From assembly GCA_002269645.1 (NCBI GenBank), contig NIVC01000245.1, positions 372,001-436,000 on the forward strand: a stretch of DNA of 64,000 nt. The letters are read 5' to 3'. The DNA is from Macrostomum lignano. Its lineage: Eukaryota. Position numbers and translations under genes: made by a program. Each line of letters begins with the position of its first letter. Positions within the stretch are counted from its first letter, which is position 1. The notes beneath the pieces are model-generated. The model saw only the letters and a program-made list of their open reading frames with translations. It was not told the origin of the DNA and ran no database searches. This document shows, one piece after another, positions 23,354 through 36,112 of the stretch.

Positions 23354-24392
23354 GGATTTAGAGCATTCATCTAAACAAAAAAAATAAATCTTCAACAAAT
23401 CTGAAGTTTCTTTTTTTGCCTATACGGTATGCTGTTAGGTTTGTCTGACTATTTTTAGAAACGACAGACGACACTGTTTTCGAACTTCGAACTTTTTCTT
23501 TTGTGACGATAAGGTCTGAAAATAAATTCAAACTGGGAGAGTTCTCATTTCCCTGCACGAACGCATACGTGTGATTACTGTCGTAGGTAGGAATTAATTT
23601 CTGCTCGGCTGACTTTGCTAATTTTCCTCGACAAAACTATAATAGCAAAACCAAAACATGCTCTTGTGCAGCCAGGGGCGTTATTTTGTGGACGAGAAGA
23701 GTGTAAAGAAGCTGAGGCTGCGTGTGACAGATGATGCTCAGACTTTCATCAGGCAGCAGCCGGTGGATGTACACGAAACTGCTGAATATCTATAGTGGGG
23801 TTTCCACCTCACTAGTTGTTTTTTACAATATTTGCGTGCGTATTTGAATCAGATAGCATATAGTGAGTCTTCTTTTCCTATACCCACGGTCTTACATATA
23901 GCATATCATATCGAATCGGTTAAAAAAAATTCATTTTTAAATTTAGATTGGCAGACCTCAGAGTCAGTTGAAAATCCGGCTGTATTCCGAGGAAACTTAT
24001 TAATAGATCCATTGTCTGAGCTGATCATCTACTCGTAATCTGATGGTGAAATTGCTAAAATAGAATTCCTATAGATCTCCTGCACGCATGTAAAATCGTA
24101 CCCACTGTCTTTTGGTTTGTGTTCTGCGCTAATGAATCCTATATGTCTACTGTTGTATCACTCCTGTCTGCATGACTTTTCTCTATCTACAATTGAATTG
24201 CGACTGTAGCTATATTGGCATCAAAAAGGGGAAATAGAAATTTTTGCAATTTTCCGTTCTCAGAATAGGAAGTGGAGACCCTGATTACATGTACGAGTAG
24301 TTACAGTTTTGGCTCTGTTTCTATCAATATTCCCGAGTTGCTGAGGCCCGTGGAACCTGACTGGCTGATGAATAAAAATGAAATTATTCTTA

Positions 24393-24415
24393 GACAGACA
24401 GACAGACAGACAGAA

Positions 24416-24482
<67 letters not shown>

Positions 24483-24485
24483 TAC

Positions 24486-24530
<45 letters not shown>

Positions 24531-24575
24531 TACACAGACAGACAGACAGACAGACAGACAGATAGACAGACAGAC
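24393..24575. repeat. (CAGA)n microsatellite
   Basis: Direct reading. Confidence 0.98.
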
Positions 24576-25239
24576 TCGCAAGCAGACTGTCTGGGATCAT
24601 TTAAAAAACACTGCTATAATTAATTAATATTCCATCCAGAGTGATTTATTTAGCTTTAAATTTTTTTTCATCCCCATCTTGCCAGAGGATATGGCGCTTA
24701 CGGATTCGGAGAGAGCCGGACAAAACTGGACAGAGCCGGACAGAGATTCGTTCCCCTGGGGACTCGTCTCAAAGCTCTCATTGCCCTGGACTAATTTCCA
24801 CTTTCGTCGAGTGTCTCTGCGCAGCTGGGTGCCTCAAGGATTAACCTTTGTATATACCTATGCGTGCGAGCCGACCATAGCAGCATATTTGGACTCAGCT
24901 CCCATTGAAATTAATGATAAAATTTCGTAAAGACTTTTTATTGAAATGTCAGCTCAGTGTGCTAGCGCTAACAGCCAAAATAGGTACTTCGAAATAAAGC
25001 AATATTGTAAAATAAAGCTTTTACTATGAGGAATGTCCGAAAAGTTCCTCATAAGTAGATAAAAACTGCAAAGCACAAATTTGGTGTCACTTCAAAATAG
25101 CACATTTCCTCTACAGAAGTCAGTAATTTTTAATATATTATTCTAAAGACAAAGTCTGGTCAGTCGCAGTCTCTTCCATGGACTTTATTTAGCATTGGGA
25201 GACACAATAAGGTGGCATCGGGAGATACAATTATTAGAG

Positions 25240-25762
25240 TAACATTGGGGGGCACAAGAGAGTTACATTGGGGGGCACAAAAGAGTGACATTGGGGGGGC
25301 ACAAAAGAGTGACATTGTGGGGACACAAGAGAGTGACATTGAGGGACACAAGAGAGTGACATTGGAGGGACACAAGAGAGTGACATTGGGGGGACACAAG
25401 AGAGTGACATTGGAGGGACACAAGAGAGTGACATTGGGGGGACACAAGAGAGTGACATTGAGGGACACAAGAGAGTGACATTGGGGGGGGCACAAGAGAG
25501 TGACATTGGGGGGACACAATTAGAGAGTGACATTGGGGGGACACAAGAGAGTGACATTGGAGGGACACAAGAGAGTGACATTGGGGGGACACAAGAGAGT
25601 GACATTGGGGGGACACAAGAGAGTGACATTGGGGGGACACAAGAGAGTGACATTGGAGGGACACAAGAGAGTGACATTGGGGGGACACAACAGAGTGACA
25701 TTGGGGACACTTAAAAGAGTGACATTGAGAGACACAACAGAGTGACATTGGGTAACACAACA
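25240..25762. repeat. 24-bp minisatellite (GGGGGGACACAAGAGAGTGACATT)
   Basis: About 21 copies. Confidence 0.95.
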
Positions 25763-26611
25763 GTGAGCAAGAGAGCGGATCAGGAGTCTGCACAAGATCG
25801 GGATGCTTGGTGACCCACGGGAGTTCGAGTGCAGAACTAAATGAAATTGATTGATGACAGAGTCGGAGAAAATCCTCAAGGATGAGTTCGAAATTAAAAG
25901 AAGCAGTTCAACCGATACTCAAAAAGAAAGATTCTTGAGAATTTGCTGCGCTAGTGTAGCAAATATTGGATTGGAAATGTTTAGATTAATTCGCTGTTTA
26001 AAGCAAGAAAAAGCAAGAAGAGATGTTGCAGTAAGATGACGCCCAGACTCCTTAGTGACTCTAAGGATCGTGAACTAGTCTTCACCGCCATCTTAGATAA
26101 AAATAACAATCGGAATTTTTCTTCACTGGAGTATGTTTCTCAGGATTAACTATGAATTCATCAAGACACCTCAAACACTTATTGTTTCTTCGAGTAATTT
26201 TCGACAGTCACAAGACAGACTTATAGTTCTGCTAATTAATCATTTTTCATCACCTGCAGAAGAAGGCAGAAAAGGCCTAGAAAGTATATTGGAGAGCTGC
26301 TCACTTGGAGGTAGAATACGCGTCATAATAATTATCGCCTCAATATTCTTGGCGAAGTGCTTTCTTCTGAATAATTACTTTTTTGGCCAACAATTTGTTT
26401 TAAGAGTCATGGGCCTTTAATTGATCGATTATGACTATTTTAGTGCCAAAAGAAGAATAGGAACAATAAGGTTTAGAAATTGCTAATAGCTATATTAGTC
26501 AAATTGATTGTCTCCAACACCAAGCCTCTCATTTTAGGTGGGCTGAGAGTCTTGCTGACGCATACTTCTTGACGGCATTTTACATGTAGATTATGCCAAG
26601 TTTATGATGGC

Positions 26612-29600
26612 GCCAAATCTGATATTAGAGATGGCGCCAAATCTGATGTGATTGATGGCGCCAAATCTTATATAATTGATGGCGCCAGATCTGATATTAG
26701 AGATGGCGCCAAATCCGATATAATTGATGGCGCCAAATCTGATATTAGAGATGGCGCCAAATCTGATATTAGAGATTGCGCCAAATCTGATGATTGATGG
26801 CGCCAAATCTGATGTAATTGATGGCGCCAAATCTGATGTGATTGATGGCGCCAAATCTGATATTAGAGATGGCGCCAAATCCGATATAATTGATGGCGTC
26901 AAATCTGATATGATTGATGGCGCCAAATTTGATATGATTGATGGCGCCAAATTTGATATGATTGATGGCGCCAAATTTGATATGATTGATGGCGCCAAAT
27001 TTGATATGATTGATGGCGCCAAATCTCTGATATGATTGATGGCGCCAAATCTGATATGATTGAGTGCGCCAAATCTGATATTAGAGATGACGCCAAATCT
27101 CTGATATGATTGATGGCGCCAAATCTCTGATATGATTGATGGCGCCAAATCTCTGATATGATTGATGGCGCCAAATCTGATATGATTGAGTGCGCCAAAT
27201 CTGATATTAGAGATGACGCCAAATCTCTGATATGATTGATGGCGCCAAATCTCTGATATGATTGATGGCGCCAAATCTCTGATATGATTGATGGCGCCAA
27301 ATCTCTGATATGATTGATGGCGCCAAATCTCTGATATGATTGATGGCGCCAAATCTCTGATATGATTAATGGCGCCAAATCTCTGATATGATTGATGGCG
27401 CCAAATCTCTGATATGATTGATGGCGTCAAATCTCTGATATGATTGATGGCGCCAAATCTCTGATATGATTGATGGCGCCAAATCTCTGATATGATTGAT
27501 GGCGCCAAATCTCTGATATGATTGATGGCGCCAAATCTGATATGATTGAGTGCGCCAAATCTGATATTAGAGATGACGCCAAATCTCTGATATGATTGAT
27601 GGCGCCAAATCTCTGATATGATTGATGGCGCCAAATCTCTGATATGATTGATGGCGCCAAATCTCTGATATGATTGATGGCGCCAAATCTCTGATATGAT
27701 TGATGGCGCCAAATCTCTGATATGATTGATGGCGCCAAATCTCTGATATGATTGATGGCGCCAAATCTCTGATATGATTGATGGCGTCAAATCTCTGATA
27801 TGATTGATGGCGCCAAATCTCTGATATGATTGATGGCGCCAAATCTCTGATATGATTGATGGCGCCAAATCTCTGATATGATTGATGGCGCCAAATCTCT
27901 GATATGATTGATGGCGCCAAATCTCTGATATGATTGATGGCGCCAAATCTCTGATATGATTGATGGCGCCAAATCTCTGATATGATTGATGGCGTCAAAT
28001 CTCTGATATGATTGATGGCGCCAAATCTCTGATATGATTGATGGCGCCAAATCTGATATGATTGAGTGCGCCAAATCTGATATTAGAGATGACGCCAAAT
28101 CTCTGATATGATTGATGGCGCCAAATCTCTGATATGATTGATGGCGCCAAATCTCTGATATGATTGATGGCGCCAAATCTGATATGATTGAGTGCGCCAA
28201 ATCTGATATTAGAGATGACGCCAAATCTCTGATATGATTGATGGCGCCAAATCTCTGATATGATTGATGGCGCCAAATCTGATATGATTGAGTGCGCCAA
28301 ATCTGATATTAGAGATGACGCCAAATCTCTGATATGATTGATGGCGCCAAATCTCTGATATGATTGATGGCGCCAAATCTCTGATATGATTGATGGCGCC
28401 AAATCTCTGATATGATTGATGGCGCCAAATCTCTGATATGATTGATGGCGCCAAATCTCTGATATGATTAATGGCGCCAAATCTCTGATATGATTGATGG
28501 CGCCAAATCTCTGATATGATTGATGGCGTCAAATCTCTGATATGATTGATGGCGCCAAATCTCTGATATGATTGATGGCGCCAAATCTCTGATATGATTG
28601 ATGGCGCCAAATCTCTGATATGATTGATGGCGCCAAATCTGATATGATTGAGTGCGCCAAATCTGATATTAGAGATGACGCCAAATCTCTGATATGATTG
28701 ATGGCGCCAAATCTCTGATATGATTGATGGCGCCAAATCTCTGATATGATTGATGGCGCCAAATCTCTGATATGATTGATGGCGCCAAATCTCTGATATG
28801 ATTGATGGCGCCAAATCTCTGATATGATTGATGGCGCCAAATCTCTGATATGATTGATGGCGCCAAATCTCTGATATGATTGATGGCGTCAAATCTCTGA
28901 TATGATTGATGGCGCCAAATCTCTGATATGATTGATGGCGCCAAATCTCTGATATGATTGATGGCGCCAAATCTCTGATATGATTGATGGCGCCAAATCT
29001 CTGATATGATTGATGGCGCCAAATCTCTGATATGATTGATGGCGCCAAATCTCTGATATGATTGATGGCGCCAAATCTCTGATATGATTGATGGCGCCAA
29101 ATCTCTGATATGATTGATGGCGCCAAATCTCTGATATGATTGATGGCGCCAAATCTGATATGATTGAGTGCGCCAAATCTGATATTAGAGATGACGCCAA
29201 ATCTCTGATATGATTGATGGCGCCAAATCTCTGATATGATTGATGGCGCCAAATCTCTGATATGATTGATGGCGCCAAATCTCTGATATGATTGATGGCG
29301 CCAAATCTCTGATATGATTGATGGCGCCAAATCTCTGATATGATTGATGGCGCCAAATCTCTGATATGATTGATGGCGCCAAATCTGATATGATCGATGG
29401 CGCCAAATCTGATATGATTGAGTGCGCCAAATCTGATATAAGAGATGACGCCAAATTTCTGATATGATTGATGGCGCCAAATCTCTGATATGATTGATGG
29501 TGCCAAATCCGATATGATTGATGGCGCCGAATACGATATAATTGATGGCGCCAAATCTTGTATGATTGATAGCGACAAATCTGATATCATTGATGGCGCC

Positions 29601-29660
29601 AAATTTGCCATCATAGAAGGCGCCAAATCTTTGTTTATAAATGGCGCCAAATCTTATTTT
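26612..29660. repeat. 26/24-bp satellite (AAATCTCTGATATGATTGATGGCGCC) with higher-order structure
   Basis: About 3 kb; rare variant bases recur at exactly 1102-bp spacing. Confidence 0.97.
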
Positions 29661-30656
29661 ATAGATTGCGTCAAGTCTATGAAATATTCTAATGCGCGAA
29701 CCTAAGTTCCCACTACCACCTTAGATAGAACATGCTGAAACCCTATGGTTAATTCACGGAAAAGTAACTATGGATATTTACGGATATATAGCCAGGTGAT
29801 TAGCAGTTATATCATTTTCTTTCTGATAGCCAAGTTTCTTTATACTAATATTTCGTAATACAATTGTTTATGCAAAATGTGCAAATTCCTACTGAAATGT
29901 TGCGACCCTCGAGGACCGAGGAGATTAAGGGCTTAGCAACTTTCTAAATGCACGTACTGGTAGAAATAGAATCAACAGATTTCTAATGTTGCACAGAAGC
30001 TAAATCCTTTTAATTCCCTACTGCTAATGCCCTGGATAGTATGAGTTTAGGACTCAAACTGCAAATCGCTTCTGTACAAGTGACAAATACATTCATTGGT
30101 ATACATTTCTTAAGCCTGAGATTTGACAAATATTTATATTTACAAGTATTATGTAGCCTAAGGCAAGACTTTACTAAAACTTTTCAATTAGCTACAAGAT
30201 GGTCAAAAGGACATCCTTCATCGAAAGATCAGGTAGAGTTCAGGTAACTAAGGAACTTATGATTTTTAGCATCTGCTTGTACAAAGGACCAATATCAAAG
30301 GATCGACGTACCAAAGGACTTAAGGGTCAGAAATAAACTTAAGCCTTCCTTGAACTTGAACTGAAAAAACTCAAACAGAATCATTAAATTTTTGGCATGC
30401 GCACGTTAAAAGACTTCCTTATTGGATGAGTTTTGTGCTAGGTAATTGTGCCATCATAATAAGAAGAAATACCAATCCGACCTGAGGGCAATCGGACCAA
30501 ACAAAAAAACATCTACCAGTATAATTTATAATTAGCTCGATGAATACAAAGAGCCTGTGGGTGGGGGGGGGTTAGCCCTACAACTGATCGCGATAATTGG
30601 TTATCTGCCCCCCGCTGAGCGACAGAGAAATTAGCTAAATTCAGGTGCACCAAAAA

Positions 30657-30675
30657 GGCACTATATAAAAGTGCC
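30657..30675 (+). promoter_or_regulatory. TATA box (TATATAAAA) flanked by a GGCAC/GTGCC inverted pair
   Basis: Consensus TATA at 30662-30670, about 425 bp upstream of the PHD ORF. Confidence 0.4.
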
Positions 30676-31094
30676 ATTGCAATTATATCGTAAAAATAAA
30701 GAACAAAAAAGTCCACTCCTGCTGTGCTTATCATTATGGAGGAGGAGCTCCGTACTGGTGGGAGGGGGGCTTGAACTTTGAGGACTTTATTTGCTTCTCA
30801 TTGGCTGGGGCCTGAAGGCCGGCGGCCGGGCTGATCTTGGTGTGGGATAGGGAGAGAGAACCATGCGCCACGCACATTGGCCTACGTACATCGGGGTAAG
30901 GAGTGGGGGTTGTTTTGCCTCTCTGAGCGTACACGCGACACGCGAGGGGACGAGTGAACGCACAGTGTCAAATGGCGGATTATAAGAAAGGAGAGAGAGG
31001 GCAGGGGCCAATGGGGAGAGGCGCGTGCCATTTAAAAAAAGAACAACCCACAACCCACAACCCAAGAGACTAAAGAGACTAGACTATTCGTATA

Positions 31095-31345
31095 ATGTCA
31101 CAAAAAGGCAAACGAAAGAACAACGTTGGGGAACAAGAAGCATCCCCAACAGGCATCTCCCTTCCACCGAACGCGAAATCAAGGCGAGAGACTGTTGATG
31201 GCAGCTGCCTAGCCTGCAACGACGAAGTGCACGAAGGCATTCAATGCGAAAGCTGTCACCGCTGGTGCCACCAGTCCTGCTCCGGCCTAGCAAAGCCAAT
31301 TTTCACCGCCATCGCAAATGGCCCTAGCGATTATGGTCTTACTGT
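31095..31345 (+). mobile_element. PHD-finger ORF fragment (CR1/L2 LINE ORF1-like or BEL gag-like), 3'-truncated
   Basis: CLAC..GIQCESCHRWCHQSCSGL gives six PHD ligands; the last Cys pair is missing and the frame runs into AT-rich non-coding DNA. Confidence 0.6.
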
Positions 31346-31852
31346 CTTTTTTAATTTCCTATATTTAAATCGTCGTTATTCGTTAAAAGTAAAATTCTTT
31401 CGAAGTATTGTTTATGTTCGTTTTTCACGCTTTGAAATATCACGCGCTTTCAAAAATACTACATCTTTTTTTTTTACAAACTCGCTTACCAAAGTAATCT
31501 CGCAATTAAAGCTATACCTCGTAATTTGTACTCATTTTTGTATTAATATTTATACTCGTTAGTTGTTAGTCGTCACTTTTCGTCTAAAAATACCGTAAAA
31601 ATTCTGGCGCGCTTTCAAATACTTTATCTTTTACAATAACTCAGCAAATCGTCGTCAAATCGTCTTTATAAACTTCTATATTCGAAAATTCCAAATACAT
31701 AGCTCTATAATATATTGGCCAAACAGGCTAATTGCCTGAGCCAAATTCTCTTACTACTTACTACTACTACTACTGATAGCCAGCCCAGCAGATTTTTTAG
31801 CGTTCGACTTGTTTGTTTTGTAACTTAGGGCAGCAGCAATTAGAATCCTGCA

Positions 31853-34800
31853 ATGCAGCACCAATCGCCAACATCTTCAGCGGATTATGCAGCCCTGATT
31901 CAGCAGGCGCCGCAGCTGCAGCCGTACTACTTAACAACACTGGCTCCCAGCGGCGAACAGGTGCACGTGGCTCTCAGCAACTCGTCCACATGGCGCAAGT
32001 TCAGCCGTCAGAACACGGAGATGATTGTCACCAAAGTCGGCAGGCGAATGTTTCCAACTTTGAGTCTGGATATTCAAGGCCTCGATCCTGCTAAGAAGTA
32101 CGAAGTGTATGTCACGCTGATGCTGGCCGATCGGCATACTCTGAAGTACCAGAGAGGCGTGTGGCTGCCCAATGGTCAGGGAGAGGTGTACCCGCCACCT
32201 GGCTGCACAGGTAATCCATTAATCTTTACAATAATCTCTGCGCGAACCCTAGTTCTAGGTTTTTTAATTTTTTAGCCTTTCTTCAGTGAAGTCGTTAAGA
32301 TTTTATTTGTTGGAAACGTTTTGGAATCTGTGTGAAAATTTTTAGACAATTGGCGATCACCTGTTAGACAAAACCTTCTGTGCCATTGCGTTTGTTAGGA
32401 TGTTACCTGTTAGACAAGTGGAATTTGTTGGACAAAAATATCAAATATCGGATATAGAGTTACCTGTTACTCGTAAAGAACAGTATTACCTGTTAGCCAG
32501 GAGTGGCACCTGTTGGACAGGAGTGTCACCTGTTAGACAGGAGTGTCACCTGCTAGCCAGGAGTGTCACCTGTTAGACAGGAGTGTCACCTGCTAGCCAG
32601 GAGTGTCACCTGTTAGACAGGAGTGTCACCTGTTAGACAGGAGTGGCACCTGTTAGACAGAAGTGTCACCTGTTAGACGGGATAGTGTCACCTGTTAGAC
32701 ACGAGTGTCACCTGTTAGACAGGAGTGTCACCTGTTAGACAGGAGTGTCACCTGTTAGACAGGATAGTGTCACCTGTTAGACAGGAGTGTCACCTGTTAG
32801 ACAGGAGTGTCACCTGTTAGACAGGAGTGTCACCTGTTAGACAGGAGTATCACCTGTTAGACAGGAGTATCACCTGTTAGACAGGAGTGTCACCTGTTAG
32901 ACAGGAGTGTCACCTGTTAGACAGGAGTGTCACCTGTTAGACAGGAGTGTAACCTGTTAGACCTGTTAGTGTCACCTGTTAGACAGGAGTGTCACCTGTT
33001 AGACAGGAGTGTCACCTGTTAGACAGGAGTGTAACCTGTTAGACCTGTTAGTGTCACCTGTTAGACAGGAGTGTCACCTGTTAGACAGGAGTGTCACCTG
33101 TTAGACAGGAGTGTCACCTGTTAGACAGGAGTGTCACCTGTTAGACAGGAGTGTCACCTGTTAGACAGGAGTGTCACCTGTTGGACAGGAGTGTCACCTG
33201 TTAGACAGGAGTGTCACCTGCTAGCCAGGAGTGTCACCTGTTAGACAGGAGTGTCACCTGTTAGACAGGAGTGGCACCTGTTAGACAGAAGTGTCACCTG
33301 TTAGACGGGATAGTGTCACCTGTTAGACACGAGTGTCACCTGTTAGACAGGAGTGTCACCTGTTAGACAGGAGTGTCACCTGTTAGACAGGAGTGTCACC
33401 TGTTAGACAGGAGTGTCACCTGTTAGACAGGAGTGTCACCTGTTAGACAGGAGTGTCACCTGTTAGACAGGAGTGTCACTTGTTAGACAGGAGTGTCACC
33501 TGTTAGACAGGAGTGTCACATGTTAGACAGGAGTGTCACATGTTAGACAGGAGTATCACCTGTTAGACAGGAGTGCCACCTGTTAGCCAGTCTCACTGTC
33601 AGCCCCGCCACCCCACCAGTCGGCCTGGCCTATGTGCACCCGGACTCCCCGGCCCCCGGCAAGCACTGGACCCGGCAGGAGGTGGCTTTCATGCGGCTGA
33701 AGCTCACCAACAAGCTGGACTGCTTCGCCAGCGAGCCGGCTCGCAACGGCACCATGATATTCGCGTACAGCATGCACAAGTACCTGCCTGTGGTGCACAT
33801 CCGAGAGCTGGTAAAAAATGATGGTGAGGAATGATGATGCAGAATGAAACGTAAAACGAGATGCAGAATGAGGTGTAAAATGAGATGTAGGGTGGGATGT
33901 AGGGTGAGATGTAGGGTGAGATGTAGGGTGAGATGTAGGGTGAGATGTTGGGTGAGATGTACGATGAGATGTACGATGAGATGTAGGATGAGGTGTAGGA
34001 TGAGATGTAGGGTGAGATGCTTTCGCAATCCATTCTGTCCCCAACAAACCGCGCAAAACACTTTACTCGCAGCCACTGCGTTCTACACAGCCGTGACCTT
34101 CCCTGGCACGGAGTTCATCACGGTCACCGCCTACCAGAACCCGGAGCTCACCGATCTGAAGATCCAATTCAACCCCTACGCTAAGGGCATCCGCAATCAG
34201 GGAGACCGGTCCGGGCCGCTGCTGATTGACAGTTTCCGGCCCACCGTGCAGGCTCTGCAGCAGCAACTGCAGCTGCCCAGCTGTCAGCCGCGTCAAGACG
34301 TCGGCGAGCCCGACATCGTCGAGTTTGGATCCTACCCGGAGCAGACCGACTCAGCCTACGGCTACTGGAGCCAGCAGCAGCAGCAGAGCCATCGAAGCAG
34401 GCGTGTGTACCGGCCCTATTCCGCGGTGGAAGCTTCGCCAACAGTCCTGGCAGCATCGTCGACCATTTCTTCAACGGAAGTTGACAGCAGCAGCTCCGCA
34501 GCGTGCGCCTACACGCCAAGTCCTTACCAAGCCAGCTACCAGCCTCACTATCAGCCTCATCATCAGCAGTTTTACTGTCAACCAGCCTACAATTATCATC
34601 TGGTAGGCGGCGCACAAGTGGGAGATGCACAGTACGACGCGTCGGGCCATTCAAATGAACAGCAACTGTCGCCGTACTTTCATCATCACCTGCAAGGTGC
34701 AGGCGCAACGGTTCCATTGCCGCTGCTGAGTACGCCTCAGCAGCGGCAGCAGCAGCAGCAGCTGCAGCAGCTGCAGCACGTAAAGCAGCCGCAGCAACAG

Positions 34801-34869
34801 TCCTGCCCGACAGATTCGTCCAGTCTGTCGACTGTGAGCTTCAGCAGTCCACCAACCTGCGATCTGTAA
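31853..34869 (+). CDS. T-box transcription factor, divergent Brachyury-like; exons 31853-32210, 33620-33823, 34073-34869
   Basis: [50 protein letters not shown]. Both GT-AG introns are phase 1 and restore the domain. Gln/Ser/Pro-rich tail. Confidence 0.93.
32490..33590. repeat. 20-bp minisatellite (GAGTGTCACCTGTTAGACAG) in T-box intron 1
   Basis: About 54 copies; isolated proto-units lie upstream from about 32358. Confidence 0.97.
33860..34020. repeat. 12-bp minisatellite (GATGTAGGGTGA) in T-box intron 2
   Basis: Direct reading. Confidence 0.9.
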
Positions 34870-36112
34870 ACATTTTAATTAACGCTAGTTTAGCTAATTT
34901 AAAATTTTATCGGAATGTCTGCGTTTTTTATTGATTTTTACTGCGATAATTTCTAAAAGCTGCTGTTGAAAAAACATTTAAAAAATTTCAGTAATGTATC
35001 TTCACCTAGCGTTTTTAGCGTATTTTATATAAATCACCTTTTTCTGTCTTAAACTCGGCCCTTTCAGACCCTCATTTCTCTGTTTAATCTCGTATTATAT
35101 TTTAAATGAAATTTTACTCATTATCTAATATATAATATGCCTTTTGTAATATTGCTTTCTTAATAATATTTAAATGTAGAGAGCAAAGTCCAGCTTTGAT
35201 TAACCCGTATAAATAAACAAGCGATGTGTTCTTAATTTTAGTTTAGCAAATAATATTATATTTGTCACTTTCTTCTTCGAGCTCTTCGAGCTCTGTTCTT
35301 CGAGCTCTGTCACAACATGTCACTCAAATATCTTCATTGAGAAGTATTGAGAACAGGTTAAAGTTCAATGCAATGCATCAGTTTCTCCTATCTTAGGGGG
35401 TGTCCCTGCATGCTTTAAATTGCGACGTAAATTATAATTATGATTTGAAATCCAGACTAGACAACCTAGCGCTGCATCGCTGAAGAATATGCAGTATCAG
35501 CTCACTCTTCTTAGCAGCTGCATTCATTGTTCAGTTCTCAAGCACGAAGCCGTGACTGCTTTGTTATTATGCCTTGGCAACTGTCGCCTTATTGGAATTT
35601 CGAATTCAAATGCGCCATTTTGCCTTTTGAATGGTGAGATCAAAAGGCTATATAGTTTTTTTTAGATTAGCGTAGGCGGTTCAGGGAGTACCGCGACTGT
35701 GTCTGGAGAGAAACTGTGCGCATGGGGTGCGCGATCGCGTCTTGATGATGGGCCTTAGATTTTTGGTTTTGTTATTCTTGACTCGTTCATAAGCTTTATG
35801 AACGAAAACAGCCCTTTTGTTTGATTTTTGAGCTTGATTTTTGTAAACGAATGCAGCCAACCAGTCGTCAGATACCTATTTAATCTGCCCCATTATTCGT
35901 GCTTTCCACTCCAGATCCTCTTCCTATAGAAGTCCTCTGCGAGTAGTACCTTGCATTTGTAGCCATTGGCCGCAACGTCAAGGGCCAATGAAAGAACAGG
36001 CAGTAGGCGCACACCACGCACAACCACTAAAAATATCAAACTCATTTTAGAGACGACTGTTTGCTGCTTGTCGAATATCTGCGCAAAAAGCATCTCTGAA
36101 GTTCAACAGCTC

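Noticed and set aside
26591-29650. Long repetitive ORFs (up to 451 aa) and a superficial CRISPR-like look
   Set aside because: Pure tandem satellite with no unique spacers and no cas genes, in eukaryotic DNA.
33844-34072. (CRVR)n Cys/Arg-rich N-terminus on the ORF containing T-box exon 3
   Set aside because: Lies inside phase-consistent intron 2 (33824-34072); it is a 12-bp minisatellite.
35966-36112. N-terminal extension of the GPCR ORF
   Set aside because: Begins at a non-ATG codon; the first in-frame ATG is 36113.
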